Source: Callorhinchus milii
Taxonomy: Eukaryota
DNA: 64,000 nucleotides
Direction: 5' to 3'
Assembly (NCBI RefSeq): GCF_018977255.1
Contig: NW_024704742.1
Span: forward strand, 90,398,001-90,462,000
Part shown: positions 60,653-64,000 of the stretch, piece by piece
Layout of the letters: each line of letters begins with the position of its first letter
Position numbering within the stretch: the first letter of the stretch is position 1
The notes under the pieces: model-generated
Seen by the model: the letters and a program-made list of their open reading frames with translations, nothing else
What the model was told of the DNA's origin: nothing
Databases searched by the model: none
Program-made: the position numbers and the translations under genes

Positions 60653-61646
60653 AGGATAAGGGAATACACCGCTTACACATCAAAGGGAGACAGACCGGTT
60701 GTGGTAACAGGAGTAGTTGGTAAACAAGTAAGAATCAATGGAAAGCATGAAACTTCTTTCAGCACTCAAAGACGCTACCCTGCATGAAGGGCGCTATATA
60801 GATGCAACTTGTTGTTGCTGTTGTTGAAACTGCACCAGTGATGCAAAGACAGAATTCAGATGAGAACGTATTCTTGCAGAATACAGTATCATCTTCCAAC
60901 CTGGTGGGAGCTCTTTGACGAGCAAGCATATGTTGCTCCTTTCCCTGGCATTAATCCCAAAAAAACAAGAGTCAAACCATTGCCAGTTACTTTCTCATCC
61001 CATTATTTTTCCTATTCAAATATTCAATTTATCTCCAGTTTTAACACAGCTTATATTTTATCTACAGAGCACAGTACTCATACATCGAGACAAATCACCA
61101 ATAAAGGCAACTTTAAGCTTTTATAGATAAATCTTAATTGCAGAAGAAAAGGTAAGTGTTTGCACTAGCTCTGCAAATGTGGATCTAAATTATTGGGATT
61201 TTTTTAACTGCTGCAATGCATAATAATATTAATAGTGAAATCATTTTTAAATATGCTTTCAGAATAGAAAAACTCCTACAATTCAGTAAAGGCTCATGCA
61301 AACATCTGAATTCAAGAGGCAGCTGGAAATGTCTGTTTCTAAGTCTTTGTTTAGACCAGGGGCCAGTGCAAATATTAACAGAGAAAGTCAGATTGCATCT
61401 ACAAATCCAAACGGAGCTGAATAATAATAAGAAGAATCCTTGTATTTGATACAGCGTGATTTTCACATCTTCTAGATGTCTCAAAGCGCTTCAAAGAATA
61501 TACTGTAAAGTGAATAGTTCCAACTGTAAGAACAGCAAGAAAACTTCGTTCTGCTCAAATAACATGGGAGAGTGTCTTCCAGTAGCATTGCTTGATTCTC
61601 AGGATCAGAGCAAGTGGAGTGTTATATAAGGCAAACAGTAACCAGA

Positions 61647-61853
61647 GGGATGTCAGCCTGAGACAATCCAAAATTAAAAGTTCTTGTATCCTTGTTCCTA
61701 AATTCTCCAGTTACTAGGTAAGCAGGGTTCATCGCATAAAAAAAATTCCATAAAATAACAGTAAATTCCATACCTATATTGAACTCGCAGTTTAGATCAT
61801 CTTAAGCATGGTGATGGATTTCCAGTGTGTCAGACACTTGGCTAACAAAAAAA
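61647..61853 (+). mobile_element. Family X 3' fragment with degenerate ~30-bp flanking repeats
   Basis: taggtaagcagggttcatc; tcttaagcatggtgatggatttccagtgtgtcagacacttggctaacAAAAAAA. Confidence 0.7.
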
Positions 61854-63054
61854 GGTTCATGTATAAGAGGCAAAGACAAACAAACAGAACACATATAGAT
61901 ATGTGTGCTGTGTATTTGTAGACCAAGGGTAATTTGTGTTCAGCAATGCCCACAAACAACTGTGAAGTGAATAATCAATTTATCTGACTGGGGATCATGA
62001 GAAACTCCCTTTTATTTTTAAATAGTGTCATGGAATTAACACACTTCACCCCAGTCAGACACTCTGCTTACCTTGTGACAGAGAATATAGGTATGCAAAT
62101 ACCCGTAAAATACTTCTGAGGAGAACTGGTATTATAATAACAGGCCCTTGTTATCTCTGGCCCATTGATTTCATCCTGAAGGCTACTGTGTCTACTGTCT
62201 ACTATGAAAAGCTCTTCAAGAAAAGTATCAAAGTCTAAGTCTAAAATGTGTAAATTACAACTCTAGAAATAGATTCCTCCCACCATGTCTGAACCACTTC
62301 CATTCAACACACATCGCTCAAATGTTAAGAGAACAAGTCAAAGAATCCCTGAGCACTGATTTGGACAGCCTTAATAAACAATGAACCTTTGAGACAAGAT
62401 TACTAGCAATTAAATGCCCACAAAAAAACAGTTAATTAACTTTACAGTATATTCTGTGAAGTGCTTTGAGACGTCCAGAAGACGTGAAAAGCACTATATC
62501 AAATGCAAGGATTATTATTATTATTAAACACATTTACAATGGCATTATAAATGGTAATATGAGACAAAAGCTTTTGAATCACTCCCATGTACCTATTGTT
62601 CTTCGGAAGATAGTTCACTGCATTTAGCGATATCTTTCTGAAAGACATGCCATGTTCATGTAAAAGCCATTGTCAAACTCTTCTCTTCATTATTTGCAGC
62701 AGTGGCATAAATCATGTCGACCTTTGGCACTCTGTCACCCATACATGATCTGACCATGACAAAAATGACAATATGGACAAACATTTTCAATGAAGGCTCT
62801 CATTATACCTGCTTATCCATCTGGCATTTTGTGAACTACCTAAAAGGATTTATGATGCAACCACATCATTGGTCATTCACTTCATGGCTGTTTATGGGAG
62901 ATGGCTGTACACACAATTGGCTGCTGTGTTTGCCTACAAATATACAGTTACTACACTTTACAGTAAATCCTATGAATCACTTTGAGACATTTTAACAATT
63001 GTGCTAAGATGCTATATCAAATAAATGCAAGAATCATTATTAATTATTATTTTC

Positions 63055-63345
63055 ACCTTACTTCACACACCTCTGTTTACCTGGCGGTAAGTAGGAACCC
63101 GGATTAACAGATCATTTTCCAGGGGTAATAATCCCTTCAAATAAATAAATAAAATAAAAATTTGGTCTCTCAATCCACGACTGTTTGTGGGACAGTGCTG
63201 TGCACAATTGGCTGCAGCATCCCGCTCACATAATATACAGTCAATTAATTTTACAGTATATTCCGAGAAGCGCTTTGAGACATCTCAACGACGTGATAAG
63301 GTGCTATATCAAATGCAAGGATTATTATGATTATGATTATTATTA
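63055..63345 (+). mobile_element. tRNA-Ala SINE, long subfamily, lacking the head (preceded by a Deu-SINE tail at 62865-63050)
   Basis: cctctgtttacctggcggtaagtaggaacccgg block plus tail. Confidence 0.85.
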
Positions 63346-63392
63346 TCTGTCCCTAGTAATCGTAAACTAGTCAGTGCAGATGAAGTAAATAC

Positions 63393-63706
63393 CAGTCCTG
63401 TAGCTCAGTGGTAAGAGCACTCGCCTTGCAAGTGAGAGACTGGGTTTGATTCCTGGCAGAGCGAAACCTTGGGCAAGTTTCCTTACTCCACACGCCTGAT
63501 AATAATCCCTCAAGAAAAAAAATTATAATAATTTGGTCACTCAATCCACAACTGTTTGTGGGACATTGCTATGCGCAATTGGTTGCCTTGTTTCGCCCAC
63601 AAATATACAATCAATTCACTTTACAGTATATTCTGTGAAGCGCTTTGAGACATCTAAAAGACATGAAAAGCACTATATTAAATGCAAGGATTATTATTAT
63701 TATTAT
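63393..63706 (+). mobile_element. Full-length tRNA-Ala SINE, short subfamily
   Basis: Collinear with 5221-5535. Confidence 0.92.
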
Positions 63707-64000
63707 GAGCTGCTTGACGAGTCTTTGGCTTGATCTGACAACAGCTGCGGCAGGAAGGAGGCAGCATACTGAAAAATTAAACATTCATTTGGCCAATTAA
63801 AATAAAATCGACTGGGAGATACAGAGGATTACACAACAAAGCATGACCAGCACTTAGTGGAATAATATGCAAAAATGCAAAAATGGCATTCTTAATGCAG
63901 TTGAGCCAACTGTGAACATCCAAACGGAATGATTCAGAACAGACAATTACAGACCATGCACATTTACATTTAACATCAGGAGGATGTTCTAAGGCACTTG

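Noticed and set aside
1..64000. CRISPR array, operon or other prokaryotic system
   Set aside because: No regularly spaced repeat-spacer array and no gene-dense region; the recurring motifs are retroposon tails

Overview
Eukaryotic (vertebrate) genomic DNA. The repeat content (abundant L2 and CR1 LINE 3' fragments, Deu-domain SINEs, AmnSINE2-like SINEs) points to a cartilaginous fish, possibly a chimaera; this is inference, not a database match. There are no prokaryotic genes, CRISPR arrays, rRNA or true tRNA genes. The long ORFs I could recognise are broken LINE ORF2 pieces or their off-frame shadows. The window looks like a long intron or gene desert with at most one plausible short coding exon (minus strand, 11821-11914, gene unidentified). 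Most notable observations: (1) an unclassified ~590-bp retroposon family with at least 7 copies sharing an A-rich 3' end whose tail reads like an RTE/RTEX ORF2 C-terminus; one copy is flanked by a ~95-bp direct repeat and two others by degenerate ~30-bp repeats; (2) a modular tRNA-Ala SINE (head + CORE/Meta-like block + Deu-like block + L2 tail) whose young subfamily has lost the middle block, with some copies carrying the same tail stem-loop as the youngest L2; (3) several local 36-80-bp duplications and long hairpins; (4) multiple nested insertions with readable TSDs. Boundaries of degraded repeats are approximate (about +/-20 bp), and family names come from recalled consensus sequences, not alignments.
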